DNA of 64,000 nt, from assembly GCA_965208835.1 (NCBI GenBank), contig OZ242358.1, positions 704,001-768,000 on the forward strand. Direction: 5' to 3'. The notes beneath the pieces are model-generated. The model was not told the origin of the DNA. It searched no databases and worked only from the letters and a program-made list of their open reading frames with translations. Shown here in pieces: positions 36,554 to 45,564 of this stretch. Position numbers and translations under genes: made by a program. The stretch comes from Candidatus Latescibacterota bacterium. GTDB lineage: Bacteria > Latescibacterota > UBA2968 > GCA-2709665. How positions within the stretch are numbered: the first letter of the stretch is position 1; every line of letters begins with the position of its first letter.

Positions 36554-39307
36554 ATGATGCGTGTCATTTCGAAATCAGGATGGGCAGGAGCCTGTGCACT
36601 GACCGCCTCAATGGCGGTTTCATGGAGTTCGGTTTTCGGGGGTGAGCCTGTGAACATCAGGGATCTGCTGGGAGACCGGGGGATCAGCGGGGCGTTGCTA
36701 GAGGCCGAACGCACGCATCCCTACCTCTTCTTCTCTGCCGAAGACGTGCCGCGTCTGCGCGAAATGGCCGGGCGGGAACCGTACCGGACGTGTGCCGAGG
36801 GGATTGTCCGGGCGGCCAGGCTGACGTTGAGAAACCCGATTCCCAAAGAACCGCCCGCCGGAGCGTCCCACAGCCGTTTACCCGATGGCAGTTACGACGA
36901 GTCGTTTCTGAAGGCGACCTACGATTTTCTGTCCTATGCGTACGCGATGCAATACTACGGCCCGTTGTACGCGTTCGCGTACCTGCTGACGGAGGAGGAG
37001 GTCTTCGCCAGGCGCGCCAAGGCGTGGGCGCTGGCGTACGCGGGCTGGGAGAACTGGGGTCCGGCGGCCGATCCGTGGGATATGGAAGCGGCCATGATTC
37101 TGTCGGGAGCGGTGATCGTCTACGATTGGATTCCCGGTCGATTCTCCCGGGAGGAACGCGAACGTCTGCTTGCGGGACTGCGCGAGAAGGGGCGGAGACT
37201 GTGCGAGAAGGATGCGTACTGGCTGACGCAGGACCCGGCGGCACGGCGCGGGTCGCTTGCGAATAACCACAGGTGGCGGAGCATACCGCTTGAGGGACTG
37301 GCGGGGCTGGGGCTGCTCTACGAGGTCGAAGAGGCGCGGGACTGGCTGGATATGGGGTTGGTGCTCACGCGGGACTACCTCCTGCCGGCGGCCTATGGCA
37401 GAGACGGAGAGCGGATGGAGGGACGCGGCTGGCTGGGGGTCTGCCTGAGTGACGGGGGCCGGTTTATGGAGGCGCTGGCCCGAAACGGAGGGCCGGACCT
37501 GTTCGATACCGGGCCGTTGCGCCGGCTGTCGCACTTTCTGATTTTCGGGATGGAGATGTACAGCTCACGGGGGCACTATAACGATCGGGCGGGCCTTCTG
37601 GCGCACGCCGGCAGACTGCGGGATCCTGCGCTTCAGTGGCTGGCCCTGGAGCACGGTCTGGGACCCGATTTGAAGGGATACCCGGCGTACTGGTATAACC
37701 GGGATAATGCCCTTTACCAGCCTGAAACCCCTTATACGGTTTCCCTGCGGTGGGATGCCGGGACCGGCCGGATGCAGATCGAAGTGAATGGCGTCCCGCG
37801 GGACCGGCAGGATATTGAACGGGTGGAAGGGATCGACATGGTCACGCTTCGGGTTGAGGGCGATCGGGTCGAGATCGGTTCTCTTGAGGTCCTTGACGCC
37901 GCCGGGGGTGTCGTGGAATGCCTGGCCGGACCGGTCGCGCTGACGGAAGAACGGGGGGAGACGGCCCTCGGATTCGCCAGCTTGCGCGCCGGCGAGATCC
38001 GGGCTTCACTGCGTAAGTACCGATCGGACACCGGGCAGGCAATGCTGATGCTGATGTCCGGAGGGCGGCGTGTAAGGGGCATCGCATTTACAGGTGAACA
38101 CGAAATCGCCAAGGCAGTTGAGGAGATGGACGGAACGTATACGCTGGGAGTTGCGGCGGCGAAGGGGCTCTATTTCCACGGGCCCTGGGAGTTCCTGTTC
38201 TACGACGAGAGCCTGCCGCCGGCGGCTCCGAAGAATGACGTGACCGGGTTTCACTTCCGGGACCTTGGGCTGGTTAAGTTATACGACACGCTTCACGCGG
38301 AAGGGGTTAACGTCACGTTCACGTCCGGACCGGAAGTGAGTAAGGAACAGGGAGACAAGAATGCGTTTACGCTCACCGCGTTCGGGGAGCGTCTGTTGTC
38401 GCCGCCGCGGACACCGAAGACGGGCGAAGCGGCGCTGACGCAGGCGCAGTACGATCTGACGGCCTGGTACCAGGGCACACCGGGGCGAAACACGATTCTG
38501 GTGGATGGACGGGGACAGCCGACGGTGCACGAGGAAAGCCCTGTGCCGCGCGAGTACGAATCGCAATGGCTGGGACCGGAGGACGTTGCGAAGAGTGGAC
38601 GGATCGAGGAGACCTATTTCTCAAGGGACTACGATTACGTAAGGGGGGAGGCGGCGCACGCGTACCGACCCCTGCTGGATACCTATCGCCGCCATCTGAT
38701 GTTTTTAAAGCCGCAGGGCGACCCGGACCTGCGGTACCTGGTGCTGTTCGATGAGATCGAAACCGCCGGAAAGCGGCCCAGATCGATCGAATGGCGGCTG
38801 CTGAGCCCGTACGGCGAGGTGACAGTCGCCGGCGAAACGTCCAGAATCGAGGGACGCGCGGCATGGATGCACATCAGACATTTCTCGCCTGAGCCGTCCA
38901 CCGTCAGGATCGATTCCACGCCCGCCCCACGGGATGCGGATCGGCAGCCCTATCTGCGGTTTCCGACGCCGGGGCCGGTGAAGAGGGTGCACTACCTTCA
39001 CCTGCTTCAGCCGCTGCGTTCCGCTGAGGCTGAACCGGTTTCAGCGACGCGGGTGATGGCGCACGGTGGGATCGGCGTCCGGGTAAGCGCACCGGATGTG
39101 ACCGCTCTGGCGGTCTTCAGAACGGGAGATGAAAACGTCACCGCGGGCGGGCTGACCACGGACGCCCTCGCCAGTCTGGTGCGATGGGGACCGGACGGCG
39201 GCGGGTCGGTAGTCGTCCACGGCGGGACGTTTGCCGAGCTTGCCGGGAGACGCGTCTTCAGTTCCGAGGATGCGATGAGCGTTCTGGTCGAGCTACCGGT
39301 TGAGTAA
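36554..39307 (+). CDS. Secreted DUF4962/alginate lyase-like + heparinase II/III-like polysaccharide lyase with an inserted beta domain
   Basis: Signal peptide, HPYLFFS, YLLTEE..FARRAK.W, IVYDW, LANNH, DKNAFTLTAFGE, NTILVDGRGQ, DYVRGEA..AY, YRRHL.F, YLVLFDEI. Confidence 0.75.
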   Translation: MMRVISKSGWAGACALTASMAVSWSSVFGGEPVNIRDLLGDRGISGALLEAERTHPYLFFSAEDVPRLREMAGREPYRTCAEGIVRAARLTLRNPIPKEPPAGASHSRLPDGSYDESFLKATYDFLSYAYAMQYYGPLYAFAYLLTEEEVFARRAKAWALAYAGWENWGPAADPWDMEAAMILSGAVIVYDWIPGRFSREERERLLAGLREKGRRLCEKDAYWLTQDPAARRGSLANNHRWRSIPLEGLAGLGLLYEVEEARDWLDMGLVLTRDYLLPAAYGRDGERMEGRGWLGVCLSDGGRFMEALARNGGPDLFDTGPLRRLSHFLIFGMEMYSSRGHYNDRAGLLAHAGRLRDPALQWLALEHGLGPDLKGYPAYWYNRDNALYQPETPYTVSLRWDAGTGRMQIEVNGVPRDRQDIERVEGIDMVTLRVEGDRVEIGSLEVLDAAGGVVECLAGPVALTEERGETALGFASLRAGEIRASLRKYRSDTGQAMLMLMSGGRRVRGIAFTGEHEIAKAVEEMDGTYTLGVAAAKGLYFHGPWEFLFYDESLPPAAPKNDVTGFHFRDLGLVKLYDTLHAEGVNVTFTSGPEVSKEQGDKNAFTLTAFGERLLSPPRTPKTGEAALTQAQYDLTAWYQGTPGRNTILVDGRGQPTVHEESPVPREYESQWLGPEDVAKSGRIEETYFSRDYDYVRGEAAHAYRPLLDTYRRHLMFLKPQGDPDLRYLVLFDEIETAGKRPRSIEWRLLSPYGEVTVAGETSRIEGRAAWMHIRHFSPEPSTVRIDSTPAPRDADRQPYLRFPTPGPVKRVHYLHLLQPLRSAEAEPVSATRVMAHGGIGVRVSAPDVTALAVFRTGDENVTAGGLTTDALASLVRWGPDGGGSVVVHGGTFAELAGRRVFSSEDAMSVLVELPVE

Positions 39308-39441
39308 GCAATGGAGAGAATTCGTGCGGCGGGCGTATCCGGGCGACGACGTCTGGTTCGGACCGGTGGTTATCGGAAAGGGATTAGCGGCAGGAAGCGA
39401 GAGCGGGTTCGAGACCCGAGGGGGCCAGGAAGGAATGCGCG

Positions 39442-42400
39442 ATGGCAGGAGATCGGATTGATACGCTGAAGGAGATGCATCTGACCACGGACCTCAGCGA
39501 AGGGGCGGAGATCGTGGCGCCGGTAGAGCCGGAATGGGCGCGTCTCGGTCGGCGGCTGCGTGAGATGATCCGCGCGCATGCGGGCGTGGACCTGCCGATC
39601 GTGGATCCTGAAAGCCTGGCGCCCCTGCCGGATGGCCGGCACCGCGTGCTGCTGGGCAACGCGATGGTCAACGGCTCCATCATGGCGCTTTACCGGCGGC
39701 AATACGCGTTCCTGGACGACTGGTATCCAGGCGGGGACGGGTATGCGGTCCGGACGGTGCATAATCCGGAAAATTGCGGCTATAACGCGTTGCTGGTGGG
39801 CGGCAGCACGCTGGAGGGCGCGGCCAATGCGGTCGAGGCGCTGGAAGGCGTACTGGAAGAGACCGGGGGGCGGCTGAGATATACCAATCGGTCGCGGTCC
39901 GAGGTCCACGAGACATTGCTGCCGGAGATGACGCCGGAGGCGTTCCGGGAGTGGGTGGCGGCAATGTACCGGGACAATCTCAGTTACTATCCCGTAGAGC
40001 AGGGCACCTTCCTGGGTCTGACCCACCACCTGACCCACGATCCCGGCTGCGCGCGGATGTTCCGGGATGCGCTCTTCTACTACGAGGACCTGGTGAGGAA
40101 TCGCTATGACGGGAACTGGCTGTTCGAGCATATGTTGTTCATCTATTCCTGGGCGTGGCGGCTGTTCCTTGTCTGGGACCTGATCGAGGAGAGCGATGCG
40201 TTTACCGACGCGGAACGCCTTCGAATCACCAATGTGTTATGGGGGCTCGCAAACTACGTGGCCCGCACACGCTATTTCAAGGCCGAAACGCCGCCGCCGC
40301 TGGAGATCCGGCAGAACCACTGGACGTTCGCGGGGCTGAGCGGGTCGTTCTGCGCGGGTTATTTCGAATCCTACTACGGGATCACGCGATTCGAGAAGCA
40401 GGTCCGGTTCTCAAAGGCGGTTTTCGACGGCCAGGCGAACAGCTACAAGCCGAACGACGATGCGGGCGGAGGCTGGTGGGGCTACTGCTGGCTGGCGCCG
40501 TATCACCAGGTGATCTACGATTTGAAGCGCGACGATTTTCGCTTCCTGGAGAACGGCCAGCTCCGGACGATTGCCGACTACGGCATACAGGTGACGGACA
40601 ATCTCGGCGTTCCGGTGAGCTTCGGCGACATGTGGTCCTATATCGAGCAGGGGCGGTACGCCGTGGCGCTCAAGAACAAGACGATATCGCTCGAGCTCGC
40701 GATGGCCCTATGCACAGCAGCCTGGTACTATGAGGACGGGAGCTACCTCTGGGCGCTGGACTGGATGGGCGGCGCTCCGTATCCCGGCTGCTATTACCGT
40801 GCGCTGCCGAAGCGGGCGCCCGATCGGCTGGCAGGAGTCACCGTGGCGCCGTTCAACCGTTCGCTTTACGAGTGGGTGGAGCGGCACGCGCGCGGCGGCG
40901 CGAACGTGCCGATCGAGGAAGCGTTCGACAAGCTGGTAATGCGCGGAGGATTCGACAGCGATGACGAATACCTCCTGTTGGACGGGACGTCAACCTTCGC
41001 CCACGGACACGAGGACGGAAACTCGATCGGGCGGCTCACGTGGAAGGGGCGGATGTGGCTGGCGGATCTGGATTATATCTGGAAACGGCCCCGGCACCAC
41101 TCGTCTGTCGTGTCCATCTGTGACGGTGAAACCGTGGAGATGCCGCCCCTGGTGGCGTTGACATGGGCGGAGGCGTCCGGAGAGACCGCCTTCACGCGTA
41201 CGGTCGTGCCGGAATACAACGGACTGGACTGGACACGGGATATCTTCTGGGTGAGGGGCGGGTTCTTTCTGATCGCGGACTCGCTGAGGCTGCTCAAGGA
41301 CACGGATTACGATCTGAAGTGCCTGTGGCGGACGCTTGGCGAGGTCCGTCAGGAAGACCGAGAACTGAGGGTGGGACAGGAGGGCGTGTATTTCCGGCTC
41401 CTGAATGCGGATGATTCGGAAAAGTCGCTTCTGACGGAGGAAGCCCGCGTTGCGGGAACCGACCCCTACGAATCCTATGCGTTTGCCGACGGTCCGATCC
41501 GGATCTTCAGCCAGCACAAGGCGCTCCACGGGCGGCCCGGACACGTTGAACGGTATTTCAACCTGATGGTGGCGGGGTCGGAAGCGGAGATCGATGCGTG
41601 GCGGATCGAGCGCATCGGAGAGGGCAGGGTCAGGGTGGCGCACCCGGACGGTCCGACCGTATTCGGCGTTGACGGCGGGGAAACGCGAATAGGCGGGCTC
41701 AGGGTCGCCGCCGCCGCTTTCGCGTTGACCGAATCGAACCTGATACTGCTTGACGCGACGGGTCTGTGGGCGAATGGCGCGGTGTTTGAAAGCGACATGC
41801 CGGTGCACATCGTACTGTATCCGGGCGAGAGAGCGGGTGAAGTCCGCGCAAGCAAGGAGACCCGGGTTCGGACCGAAGGGATCTGTTTTGGCGGGGAGGT
41901 GGAACCAGAGGCGGACAAACTCACGGCCGGAACCCATCGGATCAGCCTGGAACCCGGTCTTGAGGACGTCCTGCGCGAGGCCGTCCGGTCCGGGACGCCG
42001 TACGAGCATCGCAGAGCGCCGGGAATACACGGTTTCGTGCCGAAAGATACGTCCCTCAGGCGTTTGTGGGAGGCGCAGGTCCGGGGACCGGTCCGATGCG
42101 CCGATGCGAAGGCTGACTCGATTGCGGTTGGGACGGGCAGCGGGCAGGTACTCGTGCTGGACCCCGACGGGCGGATTCGCTGGACGCGCGAGACCCGCGC
42201 CGAAGTGCGCGCCGTGCATCTTGCGGATTTGAAGGAAGGACGGCTTCTGGCCGGTGGCAGGGACCGCGCGCTGACGCTGTTCGATTCCGGAGGCGGGGTC
42301 TGCTGGAAGCGCCGGTTTTCGGAGTCGCACGGGGTGGATCAGAATGTGAACGCGGTGACGACGGCAGATCTGACCGGTGACGGAAATCCGGTGATCCTGA

Positions 42401-43113
42401 CAGCCACGGACGGGTGGCTGGTGTGGGCGCTGACGTCGGACGGAGAGGAAGTTTGGCAGCGGCAGATCGAACACCACGCCGCGCGGTCGATGGTCGTCAG
42501 CGACGTGGAGGGAGACGGCAGGCAGGAAGTCCTGGTGGGCGCTGAATATTACACGTCGAATCTGCTGGAGGCCGACGGGAGGATCCGGTGGACGGTAAAC
42601 GGGGGCCCCTGTTTCTCGGCGCTGGCCCTCGCGGACCTGAATGGCGACGGCGTGAAGGAATCGGTCTACGGCGCCATGGACGGAAACGTCTACACGGTGG
42701 ATTCGACTTCGGGAGAGGTCCTCTGGACGGCCAACCTGGGAGACGATGTCCGGCACGGCGTGGCGGTTCCCGAAAGAGGGTTTGCCGCAGGGAGCGAAAG
42801 CGGGCACGTGGCGCTGTTGAGCAGTACGGGGAAGAAGCGCTGGCGCCGGGACCTCGACGGCGGGGTGACCGGTCTGATTCTTCTCAAGGACGACAAAGCG
42901 GAGACGATAGTCGCCGGGACCTCCGAGGGGTGGGTTGTGTTTCTTTCTCTCGACGGAGAGGTCGTGGGCAGCCACCGCATGGAAGCCGGCGTGACCGTGT
43001 TGACCCGCCTTGCGCTGCCCGGATTGTCCGGTCTGCTGGTAGGGACGCACGGCGGCGGCGTGAGTGCCGTCAGTCCCGGTCCGGCGCCTTTCGATTTGCG
43101 CATCAATCCCTGA
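39442..43113 (+). CDS. Lyase-like/beta-propeller protein, paralog 5
   Basis: VLLGNAMVN..ALYRR..DDWYPGGDGY, IRQNHW, AFDKLVMRGGF..YLLLDG.STFAHGHEDGNSI, then a propeller with DLTGDG, DVEGDG and DLNGDG. Confidence 0.85.
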   Translation: MAGDRIDTLKEMHLTTDLSEGAEIVAPVEPEWARLGRRLREMIRAHAGVDLPIVDPESLAPLPDGRHRVLLGNAMVNGSIMALYRRQYAFLDDWYPGGDGYAVRTVHNPENCGYNALLVGGSTLEGAANAVEALEGVLEETGGRLRYTNRSRSEVHETLLPEMTPEAFREWVAAMYRDNLSYYPVEQGTFLGLTHHLTHDPGCARMFRDALFYYEDLVRNRYDGNWLFEHMLFIYSWAWRLFLVWDLIEESDAFTDAERLRITNVLWGLANYVARTRYFKAETPPPLEIRQNHWTFAGLSGSFCAGYFESYYGITRFEKQVRFSKAVFDGQANSYKPNDDAGGGWWGYCWLAPYHQVIYDLKRDDFRFLENGQLRTIADYGIQVTDNLGVPVSFGDMWSYIEQGRYAVALKNKTISLELAMALCTAAWYYEDGSYLWALDWMGGAPYPGCYYRALPKRAPDRLAGVTVAPFNRSLYEWVERHARGGANVPIEEAFDKLVMRGGFDSDDEYLLLDGTSTFAHGHEDGNSIGRLTWKGRMWLADLDYIWKRPRHHSSVVSICDGETVEMPPLVALTWAEASGETAFTRTVVPEYNGLDWTRDIFWVRGGFFLIADSLRLLKDTDYDLKCLWRTLGEVRQEDRELRVGQEGVYFRLLNADDSEKSLLTEEARVAGTDPYESYAFADGPIRIFSQHKALHGRPGHVERYFNLMVAGSEAEIDAWRIERIGEGRVRVAHPDGPTVFGVDGGETRIGGLRVAAAAFALTESNLILLDATGLWANGAVFESDMPVHIVLYPGERAGEVRASKETRVRTEGICFGGEVEPEADKLTAGTHRISLEPGLEDVLREAVRSGTPYEHRRAPGIHGFVPKDTSLRRLWEAQVRGPVRCADAKADSIAVGTGSGQVLVLDPDGRIRWTRETRAEVRAVHLADLKEGRLLAGGRDRALTLFDSGGGVCWKRRFSESHGVDQNVNAVTTADLTGDGNPVILTATDGWLVWALTSDGEEVWQRQIEHHAARSMVVSDVEGDGRQEVLVGAEYYTSNLLEADGRIRWTVNGGPCFSALALADLNGDGVKESVYGAMDGNVYTVDSTSGEVLWTANLGDDVRHGVAVPERGFAAGSESGHVALLSSTGKKRWRRDLDGGVTGLILLKDDKAETIVAGTSEGWVVFLSLDGEVVGSHRMEAGVTVLTRLALPGLSGLLVGTHGGGVSAVSPGPAPFDLRINP

Positions 43114-43198
43114 TCTCATAAATTGGGAGAACCTTGAACCGCCGTCCAATCGGCATGGCGTGGCGCCTTCCATACACCCTATTCCGGAGAACGATCCA

Positions 43199-44140
43199 AT
43201 GAAATTCGCACTCGTCCTGTCTCCTCTCGACGAAGAACGGATGGCCCTCGCCCGCCAGATCGGCGTGACCGACCTGGTGACGACACTTCCCAACGGCGGG
43301 CCGATCTGGGACTTTGACGCCATCGTACATCACAAACAACGCATCGCCGACGCGGGCCTCACGTGGTCCGTGGTGGAGTCCGTACCGATCTCGAACCGCA
43401 TCACGCTGGGTCTGGATGGCCGGGACGAGGATCTCGACGCGTACTGCCAGACCATCCGCAACCTGGGTGCGGCCGGTATCGGGATCATGTGCTGGAACTG
43501 GATGGCGGTGTTCAACTGGATGCGTACCTCGTTCACCACGCGCGGCCGGGGAGATGCGTTTGTGAGCAGCTACGATGACACGCTGATGCAGGACGCGCCC
43601 CCTACGCAATACGGGGAAGTAAGCGAAGTACGGCTCTGGGAAACCCTGGAGTACTTTCTCGAGCGGGTCATTCCCGTGGCCGAAGAGGCCGGCGTCAAGC
43701 AGGCGCTTCATCCGGACGATCCGCCCCTCTCGCCCGTCCGGGGAATCGGCCGCATCATCACCAGCGTGGACGCATTCCAGCGCGTCATCGACATTGTACC
43801 CAGCGAATACAACGGCATAACCTTCTGCCAGGGCAACTTCGCCGCAATGGGCGCGGACGTGCCTGCAGCCATCCGCCGGTTTGGGAACAGGATCCATTTT
43901 TCCCACTTCCGCGACGTGAGAGGAACCGTACCCAGTTTCGAGGAAACCTTCCACGACGAGGGCGACACGGACATGGCCGAGTGCATCCGGGCGTACCGGG
44001 ACATCGGTTTCACCGGACCCATACGGCCGGACCACGTCCCGGTGCTTTCCGGCGAAGCCAACGACCCGCCGGGCTACACCCTGATGGGAAGGCTCTACGC
44101 TGTCGGCTACATGAAAGGGCTGCTGGACGGAACGGCCTGA
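43199..44140 (+). CDS. uxuA: Mannonate dehydratase
   Basis: ARQIGVT, WSVVES, NWMAVFNW.RT, IPVAEEAGV..ALHPDDPP, TFCQG, HFRDV, RPDHVP, GRLYAVGYMKG. Confidence 0.92.
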   Translation: MKFALVLSPLDEERMALARQIGVTDLVTTLPNGGPIWDFDAIVHHKQRIADAGLTWSVVESVPISNRITLGLDGRDEDLDAYCQTIRNLGAAGIGIMCWNWMAVFNWMRTSFTTRGRGDAFVSSYDDTLMQDAPPTQYGEVSEVRLWETLEYFLERVIPVAEEAGVKQALHPDDPPLSPVRGIGRIITSVDAFQRVIDIVPSEYNGITFCQGNFAAMGADVPAAIRRFGNRIHFSHFRDVRGTVPSFEETFHDEGDTDMAECIRAYRDIGFTGPIRPDHVPVLSGEANDPPGYTLMGRLYAVGYMKGLLDGTA

Positions 44141-44449
44141 AGCCCGTTCACGAATCTCTCTTGTTCAGAAACAGGTACTTACATGGATGTACAGGATCGA
44201 CAGGATAAAAGCCGAAAACCCGGAAAAATGCCCCGGATATTTGTCGCTGGACGTCAAGTGAATTTACATCCATTTGTACGACCTCAATACCCCGTTTTCG
44301 CACCGTCACCTTCTGTGCCTTTTGTGCATTTTGTGGTAAATTAGCGGTTGTCTTTTTTCGAATTGAGGCAATCACCTGCTCAGTTGCCGAAGAGTTCCGG
44401 TCCGGTAAACTGACTTCAGGGCCACTTGCGGCGGCAAAGACGGAAATCC

Positions 44450-45412
44450 ATGCGCGAAATCAGAATAGGCGCCGCCCAGTTCGAAGCGCGGGATGCCGAC
44501 AAACCCTACAACCTTTCCCGCATCGACGCCCTTACGAGGCGGGCCGTCGACGCGGGCGCCGAAATCGTTTCCTTCCACGAGTGCTGCATTCCTGGCTACA
44601 CCTTTCTGCAGACCCTCCCGCGTTCCCGAATCGCCGAACTGGCCGAGCCCGTACCGGGCGGTCCATCCACGAATCGCCTTATCGACATCGCAAGGGAATA
44701 CAACGTCGCCGTCTTGGCCGGCCTTGTGGAAACGGAACGCGATGCACTCTACAACACCTATGTCGCCGTGGGTCCGGATGGCTACGTCGCAAAGCATCGC
44801 AAGCTGCACGCCTTCATCAGCAAGTTCATCGACTCCGGCGACGCGTTCACCGTTTTCGAACTCTGCGGCTGCCGAATGGGCATCCTGATCTGCTACGACA
44901 ACAACCTGCCTGAAAACGTGCGCCTGACAGCCATGACGGGCGCGGAAGTCATCTTCATGCCGCACGTCACCTGCGGGCTGCCCTCCGCCATGCCCGGCCG
45001 GGGTGTCATCGACCGCGCCCTCTGGGAGAACCGTGATCGCGACCCGGTATCGCTCCGGCAGGAATTCAACGGACCGAAGGGACGGGGCTGGCTCATGCGC
45101 TGGCTTCCGGCGCGCGCCTACGAAAACGGCGTCTACGCCGTTTATACGAATCCCATTGGCGTCGATCACGATACCGTCAAAAACGGCAATGCGATGATCC
45201 TGGACCCGTTCGGCGAAATCCTGGTCGAGTCGGAGGCGCTGGAGGACGACGTCGTGGTGGGGTTGCTCACGCCCGATAAGATACCGGTCTCCTCCGGGTA
45301 CCGCTATCTGCGCGCGCGCCGCCCCGACCTGTACGGCAAACTGGCGGAACCCCTACCGCCGGACATGCAGGGAGGCACGAATCCGGGCTGGAAACTGAAG
45401 GAACCGGAATAG
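44450..45412 (+). CDS. Carbon-nitrogen hydrolase (nitrilase superfamily)
   Basis: Catalytic E-K-C triad: SFHECC, KHRKLH, ILICYDN. Also ARAYENG and LRARRPDLY. Confidence 0.9.
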   Translation: MREIRIGAAQFEARDADKPYNLSRIDALTRRAVDAGAEIVSFHECCIPGYTFLQTLPRSRIAELAEPVPGGPSTNRLIDIAREYNVAVLAGLVETERDALYNTYVAVGPDGYVAKHRKLHAFISKFIDSGDAFTVFELCGCRMGILICYDNNLPENVRLTAMTGAEVIFMPHVTCGLPSAMPGRGVIDRALWENRDRDPVSLRQEFNGPKGRGWLMRWLPARAYENGVYAVYTNPIGVDHDTVKNGNAMILDPFGEILVESEALEDDVVVGLLTPDKIPVSSGYRYLRARRPDLYGKLAEPLPPDMQGGTNPGWKLKEPE

Positions 45413-45505
45413 ACACGGATGGAACGGATCGAGGGTATAATAGCAGGAGCAAGGGAAATTCCCCTCGATTATGCGTATAAGCGAATAATCCTACCAACTC
45501 GCATT

Positions 45506-45530
45506 GTAGGGGCGTCCTTCACGGGCGCCC
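45506..45530 (+). repeat. GTAG-type REP element
   Basis: GTAG tetranucleotide followed by the hairpin GGGCGTCC-TTCAC-GGGCGCCC. Confidence 0.55.
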
Positions 45531-45564
45531 GTCCTCCGGCGGCGAACTCCACTGAAAGGGAAAT

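Noticed and set aside
40990-43323. 777-aa antisense ORF (and similar ones at 15108..16847, 21257..22828, 48334..49782, 342..1214)
   Set aside because: They fully overlap well-supported genes on the opposite strand and have no recognisable domains.
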